From NCBI RefSeq assembly GCF_011386835.1, contig NC_088792.1:9920001-9984000 (forward strand): a stretch of 64,000 nucleotides of DNA, in the 5' to 3' direction. The position numbers and the translations under genes were made by a program. The stretch is from Chrysemys picta bellii. Taxonomy: Eukaryota. The notes beneath the pieces were generated by a model that worked only from the letters and a program-made list of their open reading frames with translations, had not been told where the DNA came from and did not search any database. Of the stretch, positions 12,704 to 24,133 are shown one piece after another. Within the stretch, counting starts at the first letter, position 1; each line of letters begins with the position of its first letter.

Positions 12704-14059
12704 TTCCCACAGTGGCACTGCCAAAAGAGGTAGCCCAGGAAGCACATGATGTGATTCAACTTGAAGAGATGGTGGATGGACAGCTCCAGCCCAGCTTGCC
12801 GCCCGAAGCTGCTCAGGAGGGGGACCTTCACCTGCTCTGGGAGGCTATTGCCAAGAAGCGAAGAATGAGCAGGGAGCCAACCCTGGATTCCATCAGTGAA
12901 GTGCCAGAAGAGGATGATAAACTTCATAAGCTGAAGAAGGAAGAAGCGGAGTCTCATTATTACTCAGAAGAATACTCCACCTGTGATGAGCTGACTAAAA
13001 CTGGAGAAGCAGACTTCTCTTTCACGAGCTCAGATGATGAGTCTAGGGCTGGGACGCCTTCACTAGTTAACTACCTTAAAAAGGCCGGAAAATCTACTAT
13101 TAGCATTGGTAGCAAGGTTCAGACAGTCTCCACCAGTAAATTCTGGAAACACTGGGAGCAATCGGGCGTCGAGACTACTGAGTCTGCTCTTCCTGCCAAG
13201 CCTGCTGAACCAGAAATCATGGAAGATTTAGATGATCCTTCCATGACCAAAGCAGCTGTGAAAATTCAGGCTGCTTTCAAAGGGTATAAAGTGAGGAAGG
13301 AGATCAAACAGCAGGAATGTCCCGTGTTTGGCGATACCTTCAAAGATTTTTGTGGTGAGCCAGGAGGCACTCTCCACCTTGAGTGTGTGGCTCTCAGCAA
13401 AACCGATATGAAGGTCCGTTGGCTGAAAGACAATGAGGAACTTTCAGATGGGCGCCACTATCACATAGACAATTACAGTGATGGAACTTGCTCCTTGATT
13501 ATCACTGGCCTGGACATGAAAGACACAGGAAAATATACCTGTGAGGCATCTAATAAGTTTGGCAAGGTTTCCCAGAGTGCTAAGGTGGTGGTTGGTACCC
13601 AGGCGCCGGATGCTCTCCGTAAGCACAAGCAAGTGAAACGCCTCGCTGACAGCGAAACGGAGAGCTCTTCTGGCAGCGAACTGGACGATGCGTTCCGTAA
13701 AGCAGGAAGGAGACTTCACAAGCTCTTCAAGTCCAAGATCTCAACGGAAATGTCTGATGTGGAGGAGGAGCTCTTTGTCAGCGCGGATGAAGGGGATGTG
13801 GAGGTGGTGGATCACCAGACGTATCGCGAGGATGATCACTACATCTACATCAAATTTGAAATCTTGGCGGAAGCAAAAACAGCAGCTGGCCGGTTCAGAG
13901 AGATGTTTGCTGCGCTGGGTATCCCAGTCGAGATTGACATCCTGGACCAAGGCCTTAAAAAAATAGAGCTTCGCATAGGGAAAGCAGCACCACCTGCTCC
14001 AGGGCAGATTCAGCCCTTGGTGAAAAGAACTCCACCACCTTTACTGACTTCTGATACAG
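12704..14059 (+). CDS. OBSCN: OBSCN exon 5 (large, 1356 nt): acidic linker, IQ calmodulin-binding motif (about 13252-13299), Ig domain, linker
   Basis: Within 493-aa ORF; PSLPPEAAQEGDLHLLWE, RRMSREPTLDSISE, AAVKIQAAFKGYKVRKE, LLTSD; AG at 12702-12703 chosen by phase (acceptor only moderately pyrimidine-rich), GTTAGC donor. Confidence 0.92.
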
Positions 14060-15100
14060 GTTAGCAAGGCATGCTAGTTTCTTATTTAATAATCATATTT
14101 AGAGCTCACTCAGAAATTATTTTTCCTCACAACAATTTTCTTTAAAATTTTGAGGGGTTGAAAACCTGAAAACAGAGATTTTTATATTTTACTAAAATTT
14201 CCATTTAGTCAAAAATCCTTTTGGCATTGTAAAAATGTTTTGAGGGAAAATTTTTTACTCACCCTAATAACAAAACACACAGTAGCATCCGTACAATGCT
14301 TTGAAGACATCAGTTAACTAAGCAGTTCTGAGAACATTCTCAGCCTGTTTTACAGAGGGAGGGACTTGACCCAAGCTTAGAGTAGTGATGCTGCAGTGTC
14401 TGGAACAGCTATTGGAGAATAAATGAGTCCTTTTTATAAGGCAAATTCTACTGAGTAGAGTTGGGGACGGGGGTGGAAAGCGGTTTTCCCATTCCTTGAA
14501 GATTTCAAGATATCAAAACATTTTCCAGTTCTGAACGGGGGGCAAAAAGCCAAAATCTTTGAAAATTTTCATGAATTGGAAATCAGAAAAAAATCCTTTT
14601 GCGTCACTCTAAATGTTTTCTTTCAATGATTTTGGAATGTTTTGTTTTGATAATTTCAAAACATTTGGTTTTGATTTTGACCATTTTCAATTTTTTTTTA
14701 CTCTAATTAACTGGCATTTTGAAACAAAACTCCATTTAGAATTGGAAAACTAGAATTTGTCTTTTAGAAAATGTTGAAACTACACCATTCAAAACAGTTC
14801 AAACATTTTCCAAGTCATAAAAGATGTCAAAACTGACCCTTTTGCACAAAAATTTTTGGTTTTGAGGAAGTGGCGTTTGCTGGTGAAAAAAACATTTCAC
14901 TGGAAAATTACCAACCTAAGCTACTTCTTTGCAGTTTATATTATGTAGGAAGGGCATCTCTCTATTATTTCAAAACGTGCCAGCCATCACTGCGAGTCCC
15001 TTCCTCTCACACACTGCACAGCAGCGTTCTTGAAACGCATCCTTACCAATTAACACAGCTGGTTGTTTCCTTTTCTCTCTTCCAACTGTACCGTATTCAG

Positions 15101-15379
15101 CTCCCATGTTCATAACCGAGCTGCAAAACCAAGAGGTGCAGGACGGCTACCCAGTCAGCTTTGACTGTGTTGTTGTTGGCAAACCCTTACCCACGGTGCG
15201 CTGGTTCAAGGATGGGAAAGTTATCGAAGAAGACGACCATTATATGATCAACGAGGACCAGGAAGGGTGCCACCAACTGATCATCACCGCCGTGGTCCCT
15301 ACTGACATGGGTGTCTACCGCTGCCTTGCTGAAAACAACATGGGAGTTTCTTCAAGCAAGGCGGAGTTGCGGGTGGACT
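15101..15379 (+). CDS. OBSCN: OBSCN exon 6: Ig domain
   Basis: ttcag acceptor, GTGAGT donor; APMFITELQNQEVQDGYPVSFDC...DMGVYRCLAENNMGVSSSKAELRVD; 279 nt. Confidence 0.95.
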
Positions 15380-16220
15380 GTGAGTCTTGAGGAATGATTG
15401 AGAAGACCGAATGTTAATGGGGCGTGTGAGTGGTATTTGAATAAGATGCATATGTGCACGTTTGTTATAATATTATGCATAATATTAATAGGGGAGCGTG
15501 AATGGTGTTAAATAAAGATACATGTTTATTCTGGTTGATCTGAACAAGTGAATCTCATTGGCAGGAAAATGACACGTGAGAGGTAAAATCAGTTCACTTG
15601 GGTTTTTTTACTCCTTTCGTATGGGATAATTAGGGTTTTGTTCATTAAAATGTAAATGAAGGAGCTGTAAGCTTAATGATTTGGTGGGGTGTTTTTTCTC
15701 CTATTATCGTGACCCGTGTTTGAGGGTGAAGCAGTTTTTGGCAATGTTGTCACCAGTGTAACTGGATTAGTGAGTTGCCAAGCACTGCACATTCATTCCC
15801 AAAGGTCGGAGAAATCTCACATGAGAAATGCACCATGGGGCCATACCCAGTGCATCGTGATCTGATCCTGGGTTCCCAGCTCCCTCTGTCTCCACAAAGG
15901 CTGTAAGCATTACAGAGACAGCACATTCACTCTTGGGGAAAAACGTGTGTGGCTTCTCTCTCTTGCAGTACCCTCTGGCTGGCGCTTGCAGTAGCATTGG
16001 TGGGGCTCAAAGGGAGACACATCCAGCTGTCCTTTGTCTGGAGGGGGCATCAGGTGGAGTGGGTGGAGATGAATGAGTATTAAGAAGGGGGATCACGGAG
16101 GCTGCTGCTGCTCCCAATAAAGAAATTTCAGAACCTGCAAGGACTTTTAGCTGCAACTGTTATGAACTGCAGTGGTTACAAAGTGTGGATCATGGAGAAT
16201 GTCCCTTTTTCTTTTATCAG

Positions 16221-16299
16221 TGACCAGTACTGATTACGATACAGCAGCAGATGCAACAGAGACATCTTCTTATTACAGTGCCAAAGGATATCTCTCAAG
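16221..16299 (+). CDS. OBSCN: OBSCN exon 7: linker (LTSTDYDTAADATETSSYYSAKGYLS)
   Basis: Long pyrimidine tract + CAG, GTAAAA donor; matches recalled human LTSTDYDTAADATESSSYFSAQGYLS; 79 nt, phase 1-2. Confidence 0.92.
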
Positions 16300-16773
16300 G
16301 TAAAAGACGAATGATAGAGCTGCGGTGACTGGAAAACATGGCACAATGCTAATTTTTATTCATGAGTGTTTGGATTTAGATGGGTTCAGTGGGAATCAGA
16401 CAACCACGATCATTACGGTGGTAAAGCAAAGGCTATGGTAATCTGTGAATATAATTTCATGTCAGTGGTACCTGCTTACGGTGGGCTTGGTTACAGTGAA
16501 ACATCCTTGTTGTGTCTGCTTTGTGCTGCTCCCTCAGTGCAAAACAGCCCACAGCCTGGCTGCTTCAGCACACTGGGAATTCCTTCCTGGTGTAATGCAG
16601 TCCTCAGTCTGGGATTGGGAGTGGTCAGGAAAAGAGGGTGAAGCTGAAACTGCTGCACTGGCTTCCGGGGGGTCATTGGCAGCGGGGTGCTCATGGCTTC
16701 TCTAAATTATGCCAGGGACCAGGATAGCGCTGGCTGTTCCTGAGATCCAGTCCAGAATCACCTTTAGATCTAA

Positions 16774-17059
16774 GGGCTAGTCTACGCTACCCGCCCGGAT
16801 CAGCGGGTAGAAATCGATCTCTCGGGGATCGATTTATCGCGTCTCATCTAGATGGATAAATCGATCCCCGAATCAACGCGCTTACTCCCACCTTGTCAGG
16901 AGGAGTAAGTGCCGTCGACGGGAGAGCCGCGGCGGTCGATTTGCCGCTGTCCTCACAGCGGGGTAAGTCGAATAGGATACGCCGAATTCAGCTACGCTAT
17001 TCACGTAGCTGAATTTGCGTATCTTAAATCTACCCCTCCCCCTTAGTGTAGACCTAGCC
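16774..17059 (+). mobile_element. PIF/Harbinger-like MITE, copy 1 (strand is relative orientation)
   Basis: 16-bp imperfect TIRs gggctagtctacgcta / tagtgtagacctagcc; 3-bp flanks TAA / TTA; three internal palindromes; homologous to 32315 and 46738 copies. Confidence 0.8.
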
Positions 17060-17122
17060 TTAGAGAATCACCTTTAGATCTTAGAGTAATCTTTGTCCCC
17101 AACCCCTCAGAGGTGCCAGGTG

Positions 17123-17374
17123 CAGGGCCGGCTCCAGGGTTTTTGTTGCCCCAAGCAGCAAAAAAAAAAAAAAAAAAAAAGCCGCGATCACGATCTGCGG
17201 CACTTCGGTGGCAGCTCTACCGCCGCCGCTTAATTCTTTGGCAGCAATTCGGCGGCAGGTCCCTCGGTCCGAGAGGGACTGAGGTACCCGCCACCGAAGA
17301 GCTGGACGTGCTGCCCCTCTCCGTTGGCCGCCCCGATCACCTGCTTGCTGAGCTGGTGCCTGGAGCCGGCCCTG
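17123..17374. mobile_element. hAT-type MITE (TIR CAGGGCCGGCTCCAGG)
   Basis: Perfect 16-bp TIRs; TSD gccaggtg / gccgggtg (7/8); CpG-rich. Confidence 0.88.
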
Positions 17375-17469
17375 GCCGGGTGTATCTTGGCCACAACTGA
17401 GATTTTAGCCGATTGTTTTCGATGGGATTTAACGTGTGTCTGATTTTACTTTTCAGACACATGTAGAAT

Positions 17470-17640
17470 GGCTGGAATCCTGGGGTTCTGTTCCCTGTTT
17501 TGGCACTGATCTGCTGTGTGACCTCAGGCAGTTTCTTTAACTTCTGTGCCATAAGTTCGTCATCTATGAAGTGGGGATAACGCTGCTTTCCCACCTTTGT
17601 AAAACACTTTGAGATGTACAGATAAAAAGCTTGTATTGTG
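17470..17640 (+). mobile_element. MIR/CORE-SINE-like fragment
   Basis: ctgtgtgacctcaggcagtttctttaacttctgtgcc...catctatgaagtggggataa resembles the MIR core. Confidence 0.55.
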
Positions 17641-17665
17641 AATGGGGCCGGTAACACTGCCTGTT

Positions 17666-18770
17666 ATTCAGGTTGCCCAACAATTCCCATTATAAGACCC
17701 TGTTTTCAGCTGATTATGACTTTACCAAACTTTTATCATTTGGGCTAAAATTTTTCATCCCAAGTGTCTGCGTAGCCTGATTCTTTTTTTTTTTTTCTTC
17801 TAAATTGTAGCCAAATTGGTTCGGTCATTTCTGAGAATGGGGCTTGGGGAGTAGGGGTTATTTTGCCGATGTTAAAAAAAAAAAAATCTGACTACCTTTG
17901 TTTTTAAAAGCTCTAGTGCTCCCATGATTTGAAGCAGGAACTTGAAATTTGACAGAGGGTGGGGTGTTTCCCTTTTGTCAGGGATTTGTCTTTTGCAGTC
18001 CTTATGAAAATCTACCCAAATTTGACCAATTGATAAGCCTTTGAAAAATCCCAGTTCACGCAGGCTCATTAGAGACTCCTTAGAACTTACCAGCTAAAGT
18101 CAATAAAGGTTCCATCCATACTTGGGCCTGGCTGCTGTGGGCCATGTTGGTTCTGGGCACCTGCATTGAAAACAGCAAGACTGTCTCTCCCATGCTCTAA
18201 ATGACCCCCATGCTGGGCCCAGGTGGTGTGGAGGAGGAAGCTGCCTGATTTGAATGCAGTGAAGACAAGAGCTGTACTTGTGGTGGGGAGAGTAGATTGG
18301 TACAAGGGGTATAGAAGGAGGCAGGGGACTGGAAGTTGGGGTAGGGAGGATACCGGGACTGGGAAGCAGGGGGAGACTGGGAGTGGCTGGGGAAGGAGAC
18401 TGGGTTAAGGAGCCAAACGGCTGACCCTGAGATTAGATTAAGAGCCCAGAGAGGAAGATTAGGACTGGGAGCCAGTGGGGTGGAGAAAAGGGGGAGGCAT
18501 CTGGAGGCAAGGTGGAAGAGAGAAACAGATTGGATGAGGAGTCAGGAGGGAGGTAACGTAGACTGATGGGACAAGGGGACTGGGACTGGGATGAGAAACT
18601 TGAGGAGAATGTGACTGGGAGTGCGAGCGCCAGCGGTGGGAAAGAGAAAAGACTGCGACATGGGCAGGTTGGAGGAGATTGGGCAGAAGGGATCATGCTT
18701 GGGGGGAGTCGAAGAAGAGTCTGTGCCTACTAGAGTGCACTCCTCTCTAGAGCCTAAAATGGTATATGCC
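17666..18770. repeat. Unclassified interspersed repeat with a purine/G-rich segment
   Basis: Repeat-like composition; G-run-rich segment 18280-18710 (ggagactggg / gactggg units); boundaries approximate. Confidence 0.35.
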
Positions 18771-18807
18771 AATTCCTCCTTTCTTTCCGACTCTAATCTA
18801 TACCTAG

Positions 18808-18932
18808 CCGAGAACAAGAGGGAGTAGAATCCACCACAGAAGAGGAGCAGCTGCCTCAGATCCTAGATGAGCTTCATGATATTCACGTGGCCCCAGGAGC
18901 ACCTTTGGCTAAATTTCACCTGAAGGTCAAAG
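18808..18932 (+). CDS. OBSCN: OBSCN exon 8: linker / Ig start (SREQEGVESTTEEEQLPQILDELHDIHVAPGAPLAKFHLKVK)
   Basis: cctag acceptor, GTAAGG donor; 125 nt restores phase 2-1. Confidence 0.92.
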
Positions 18933-20272
18933 GTAAGGGAACCTATGACATTTACAATAGTCCCATCTTGATATCTGTGAACGTGTGGACAAGGTTTTCT
19001 CATATGCTTTTGCATGCAGTTGTGCTCACAATTTGTGCACTCAAATAGCACATTTGAAATGGCAGTCACAAGTGTGTGTATGCGCAAATGACCAGCACCT
19101 AACTGGGCAATAGTTCGTGCAAAGTAAGTATTCAGTTATGTGCTCATATCCGCAATGATTAATTGCATGCACGCGTTTCTGGAAATCTAGTCCTGTAACT
19201 CCATTTTTGTAGGTTTTAGGTCATGAAGATCGGCTAGTCTCTGCATGCATTAATTGCTGTGGTGCCAGGAATGAAAAGTACAGTGTGAGCATGCTACTTT
19301 TTAAAAATAATGCTTGCCAATATGAACCATTGCTTTTCATTAGTATTTCAGGGTAGATGTACTATGCAATGATTAGTTCAAGCGATAGTAACTAGGGCCC
19401 AAATTGTCTGCTACTTGGGATAAGCCTATATAGGGCACAGGAAGCTTTGCTAAGTCATTGTGCTTTCTTTTTGATCTTTCCATCAGTGTGCAGGGGGATG
19501 GGAGGGGGGTTGTTATCCAAAAAGGTGGTTTGTCCCCCAAAATCAGCAGATTTCCCCAAAAGCCACACAACGGCCCAGTGCCTCCGCCCCGGCTCTGGGA
19601 TCTCTTGTTGTCCCATCTCCTGTCCCTCTTCTGTAGAAGACCTACACTGTAGATGTGTACCCAACCCACCTCTGTGACCTAGATCCTTCCTCCATTGGCC
19701 CACCCATTCCACCTGTGTATTTCCCTGACCTCACACTGAAACGCCTACAACGTCTGGGTGGATAAAGGAGAAAAACTACAGAGATGTCACTGCCCCCGTT
19801 TGTGCTTTCCTGGAGCACTTTTACTGGGTTGTTCTGCTCCTGCCCATGGAAAGAGTGGGGACTGTTTTGGCTTAAATGGCCATGAGGCCGATCTCGAAGT
19901 CCCCATGCAGGCAAGTATGACTTCAGTCTGAATTTTGCCTGAATAAGGATTTCAGGATTTGGCTTTGTATTTGTAGCAAATCAGATCCAAATATCAACAT
20001 TCTAACTCTGGAAGGCACTCAGATATCAACGTGAGGGGGGCAGAATTAGAACCTGAAAAGTACGTAATAGAATTTTAATTCATAACGAGCATTTCACAAA
20101 TATCAGAATCGAGCTACTCTCTGTAGGTAGGTTAGTTTCCAAACAGACACTGTAGAACCTTGAACAAACAGCATTGGTAAGAATGGACCTTTCTTTGATT
20201 ACACTGAAGTGTATGATTGGTTTGAGAGGCTTCAAAATAGTTAGTCACCCCTTCTTACATTGCTCCTTGTAG

Positions 20273-20470
20273 GGTACCCAGAACCTCGTCTTTACTGGTT
20301 CAAGGACGGGCAACCATTACAGGCCTCAGACCGAATCCTGAAGATCGAGAAGAAGCAATTTCATGCACTCGAAATCCTCAATGTCGTTAAGGAGGATGCT
20401 GGTCAATATTCAGTATTTATTAGCAACTCTGCAGGTTCTGCATATTCCTCGGCCAGTTTGGTTGTCAAAG
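20273..20470 (+). CDS. OBSCN: OBSCN exon 9: Ig domain second half
   Basis: ttgtag acceptor, GTAAGT donor; GYPEPRLYWFKDGQPL...EDAGQYSVFISNSAGSAYSSASLVVK; 198 nt. Confidence 0.95.
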
Positions 20471-20914
20471 GTAAGTTGTTGGTGCTTTTTGCTCTATCTG
20501 CCAGTGGCTGTCTCTGTTTTACATGTTCACTTTTCCCGATAAAGCCTATAGAAAGCAAGATATGCTGGAAAATAAAATGGGTTATAAATGAAGGGTAGAG
20601 GGATGGTTTTGTGTTTAGAGTGCTGGACTGAGAGTCAGGCAACCTGTGTTCTATTCCTGGCTCATCCATGGATTTCCACTGTGCCCTTAGGGAAGTCATA
20701 TCACCTCTCTGTTGACCTGATTCTAATCTTACTTGCACATGCAGTCTAACTCCATTGTCCTCAATGCCTTCACTGGGGAATTGTGATTAAAAACTAAGGG
20801 TATGATATGGTCCATATCTGAGGCCATAACTGTAGAATACTGCAGTACTTTTAATAAGGGTTGAGTTTTGTCTCAATTGTAGAAGTAGATAGGCATAGAG
20901 CCACTGTGGTGTTT

Positions 20915-20940
20915 TTATTATTATTATTATTATTATTATT
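20915..20940. repeat. (TTA)n microsatellite
   Basis: About 8-9 consecutive tta units. Confidence 0.9.
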
Positions 20941-21307
20941 TATTAAATATCAGTACTCATGGAGTTAGTAATTTATGGCCAAATGTTTTTCTGATGTAAT
21001 TTATCAAAATGATCTTTGTCCAAATATATGAGATATTAATTGAAGCTTAAAACAGATTTCAGTCACTCTTATGCTGAGTTACTGTACATGTCATTTATAT
21101 TATAAAATGGCTTTTAGATGTATTCTACTAACGAGATGAATAACAATTTTTAGTAAAAATATAATTTATGTGTAGTCCATATTGTACTGAGTAAGTCTCT
21201 GATATCACCTGACCACATGCTTGACTGCATAAGTCAGAGAAAGGAGACATTTGTCCTCTCTATAGATGTAGTTTCATGATGGGATGATTTGTCTTTCTGT
21301 GTTACAG

Positions 21308-21340
21308 GTCCTGGTGAGAAGGAAGAACTGCCAGAAACAG
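21308..21340 (+). CDS. OBSCN: OBSCN exon 10: 33-nt microexon (GPGEKEELPET)
   Basis: ttacag acceptor, CAG|GTGAGA donor; symmetric phase 1-1; positional equivalent of recalled human GPDEPEEKPAS. Confidence 0.8.
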
Positions 21341-21441
21341 GTGAGAGGAGCAGCACAATCGGTGATGATAGAACCACTAGTAACTTCTCAATAGTCTTAG
21401 CCTCACTTGCACCATTTCACCGTGAACTTTTTAATTTTCAG

Positions 21442-21540
21442 ATGCTCAAGAACAGCTGGTGCCACCCAGGTTCCTGGAGAGATTTACCAGTAAAAGAGTG
21501 AGGAAAGGTGCAAGTATCACCTACTCTGTGAAGGTTGAAG
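21442..21540 (+). CDS. OBSCN: OBSCN exon 11: Ig start (DAQEQLVPPRFLERFTSKRVRKGASITYSVKVE)
   Basis: ttttcag acceptor, GTAAAC donor; 99 nt. Confidence 0.93.
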
Positions 21541-21644
21541 GTAAACGGAGCTTAAACACAACTTTCTTTCTGTGTTACTTAATTTGCATAGCTGCCCAGT
21601 GTATCCTATCCTCTCATTGGGCCAAATCTTGAAGTCCTTACCTA

Positions 21645-22160
21645 GTGTAGGAGTCAGAAGATTTGGGTTCTGTTCCCATCTTTGTAACAGACTTTTGGAT
21701 GCTGCTAGCCAAGACGTGTAACTCTTCTTTGCCTCAATTTCCCTATGTATAAAATGGGGATAATAGCACATTCTTATCTCACAGGGGTGTTATGAGGGCT
21801 AATCTTTCATTTTATAGATTCATAGATTCTAGGACTGGAAGGGACCTCGAGAGGTCATCGCGTCCAGTCCCCTGCCCGCATGGCAGGACCAAATACTGTC
21901 TAGACCATCCCTGATAGACATTTATCTAACCTACTCTTAAATATCTCCAGAGATGGAGATTCCACAACCTCCCTAGGCAATTTGTTCCAGTGTTTAACCA
22001 CCCTGACAGTTAGGAACTTTTTCCTAATGTCCAACCTAGACCTCCCTTGCTGCAGTTTAAGCCCATTGCTTCTTGTTCTATCCTTAGAGGCTATCCTTTT
22101 TGTAAAGTGCTTTGAAGTTCTTAGATGGAAGATGCTCTAGAAGTGCAAGTATTCATTTAT
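21645..22160 (+). mobile_element. MIR-like SINE interrupted by a CR1 insertion
   Basis: ctcaatttccctatgtataaaatggggataatagcac...ctcacaggggtgttatgagg, resuming after about 22093 with ttttgtaaagtgctttgaag. Confidence 0.55.
21814..22092 (-). mobile_element. CR1 LINE 3' end (antisense)
   Basis: atagattcatagattctaggactggaagggacctcgagaggtcatc...aggaactttttcctaatgtccaacctag. Confidence 0.85.
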
Positions 22161-22295
22161 GATTTTTTACTGTTGTTGGAAACGGATCAGCAAACATGTT
22201 GAAAGTAGTATTCGCTCACAATGTAGTACACAGGGTTTGTAAGACGGGAGGAACCCCAATGGGACAATTAAAGAGGCTATTGCTCTTTTCTTTAG

Positions 22296-22514
22296 GACAT
22301 CCAGCACCCACAATTACCTGGTTGAAAGAAGAATCTCATGAAGATGTTTTGTGGATCAAACCAGAGACTCCTGGCTACAAACTCGCCAGTTCCAACATGC
22401 ATCACAGTCTAATCCTGCTGGATGTTGGAAAGGAATATAGTGGAACCTACACTTGCATTGCTACTAACAAGGCTGGACAATCCATCTGCACCGCCTCCCT
22501 AGAAGTTCTGGATG
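22296..22514 (+). CDS. OBSCN: OBSCN exon 12: Ig domain second half
   Basis: ttttctttag acceptor, GTAAAT donor; GHPAPTITWLKEE...SLILLDVGKEYSGTYTCIATNKAGQSICTASLEV; 219 nt. Confidence 0.95.
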
Positions 22515-23263
22515 GTAAATTTTTGCAACATTACAAACACTTTCCCTATAGTATTAAACATAATATAGTGTACATGAATGGTATCTCCTCATTCTATTGT
22601 GTATATAATTGCTGAATGAAGAGCAAGTGTGAAAATACAATGAATTTCAACAAACTACAACTCAAGTACATACATTTCACAGAGATTCTGGTATATCTCT
22701 ATTACTTTTCTTTGATAGAAAATGAATATATGCCCCTAATATAAGAATAACGTCTACAGTGTAGGGCTTTGGGCCATGTGTCAGATTAAAAGTGTGGTGA
22801 GGTTTTGCATAAACAAAACAAGAGACTAAAGAGCAATCAAGAGAATAAAAAGGAAGAAAACAGGCCCCAAACATCAGCTTTTCTTCACTCTGCTAAGGCT
22901 GTTTTGCGTCACATCTCTGCCTTAAGGCACCTGGGGCAGGCGAGTGGAGAATTCCTGCTGCGCAGAGAAATTCTCCATCATCTCTTGTTTCAGCCTCCTC
23001 TCCCCCACGCTCTGGTGTGAGAGGAGGGGCGGGAAGGGACATGTTAAGGGCATTCTGGGGGTGGGGCTTGGCCAAGGCAGAGTGGGGCCTGGAAGAGCTC
23101 TGCTCCACCAAACCTTATTCTGCCTTGATGTACATTAGAGCTGCAGTCCCCATCTGCACTGTACCAGGGCAGGGTTTGGGCAGGGTGAGGAATCTGCCCC
23201 TCAGTGTTTAGCAAATACCTTCTTTTGGCAAAGACCCTCTGATTATAAACTCTGATCTTGCAG

Positions 23264-23330
23264 TGAAAGAGGCGGAAGTTCTGACCCGCGAGCGCATGAT
23301 GGTGACAGATGTTATAATGACCACGCTGGG
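23264..23330 (+). CDS. OBSCN: OBSCN exon 13 (predicted): divergent linker (VKEAEVLTRERMMVTDVIMTTLG)
   Basis: cttgcag acceptor, GG|GTAAGC donor; open frame; 67 nt (phase 1-2), complemented by the 38-nt exon; weak similarity to human. Confidence 0.7.
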
Positions 23331-23947
23331 GTAAGCAATGGCAGTGTATGTTAAGCCAGAAGAGCGTATACAAGATTCCTCTAGATTTCACTGAGATGGA
23401 TTTACAGAATGTATTGCCCGTCAGTCCCACTGTTCAGATCAGATGGGAGACTGACTGAGCTCTCCAAAGATCTGGAAGTGTGTGGGGCATGGGGCTGGCT
23501 TGTTTGGGAAGGTTCCCCAGTATTCAACTAAAGGGTTTGGCCCCAGCCTGAAGCCTTAACTGGAGGGAATCTTCTGTTTGATTACAAGTGTTTAAAATCC
23601 TGACGTATACAACTCTAGTTCCAAAAAGCTAAATGCAAGAGGTATTGAAAGATCACTATTTCCAGGGACAAAATGATGCAGCGAGCTAGTACCCTGCCTT
23701 TCACTGCTGGAAACCACACTCCAATCCAGTCAGATTTCCTTTCCCTCTTTTTCCGATTAGGCAGATCTTCCAATTCTCCACCGGAGCTAAAGCCTGTATC
23801 ACCGCCAAATTCTCCTAATTCTTCACTGCCACGCGCACCTGTGGGACTGTGTGTAATCAAACCTGTGCAGAGTTGGTGTAAAATGCCTATGCTGGTGTAA
23901 ATGAGTGACGAATTCTGATTTGATGGTGTTTTACACTCACTTTGCAC

Positions 23948-24133
23948 CAGGGCCGGCCCTGGCTTTTTTGCCGCCCCAGGCAAAAAAGCCTCCCCCCGCC
24001 CCCCCAGCAGGGAGCATGTCAGGGGAGGGCGCCGAGCCCGGCCGCGGCCCCACTCTCCCCGGGTGAGCGCCGCCCTTCTCCAGGTGCCGCCCCAAGCACA
24101 TGCTTGGAGGGCTGGTGCCTGGAGCCGGCCCTG
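23948..24133. mobile_element. hAT-type MITE (TIR CAGGGCCGGC)
   Basis: TIRs cagggccggc / gccggccctg; perfect 8-bp TSD CTTTGCAC. Confidence 0.88.

Noticed and set aside
7505-14935. AT-rich stretches at about 7505-8135 and 14455-14935 with TAGAG(C/T)TGG-like starts
   Set aside because: Probably old DNA transposon remnants, but the second TIR and TSD could not be fixed, so they are not called
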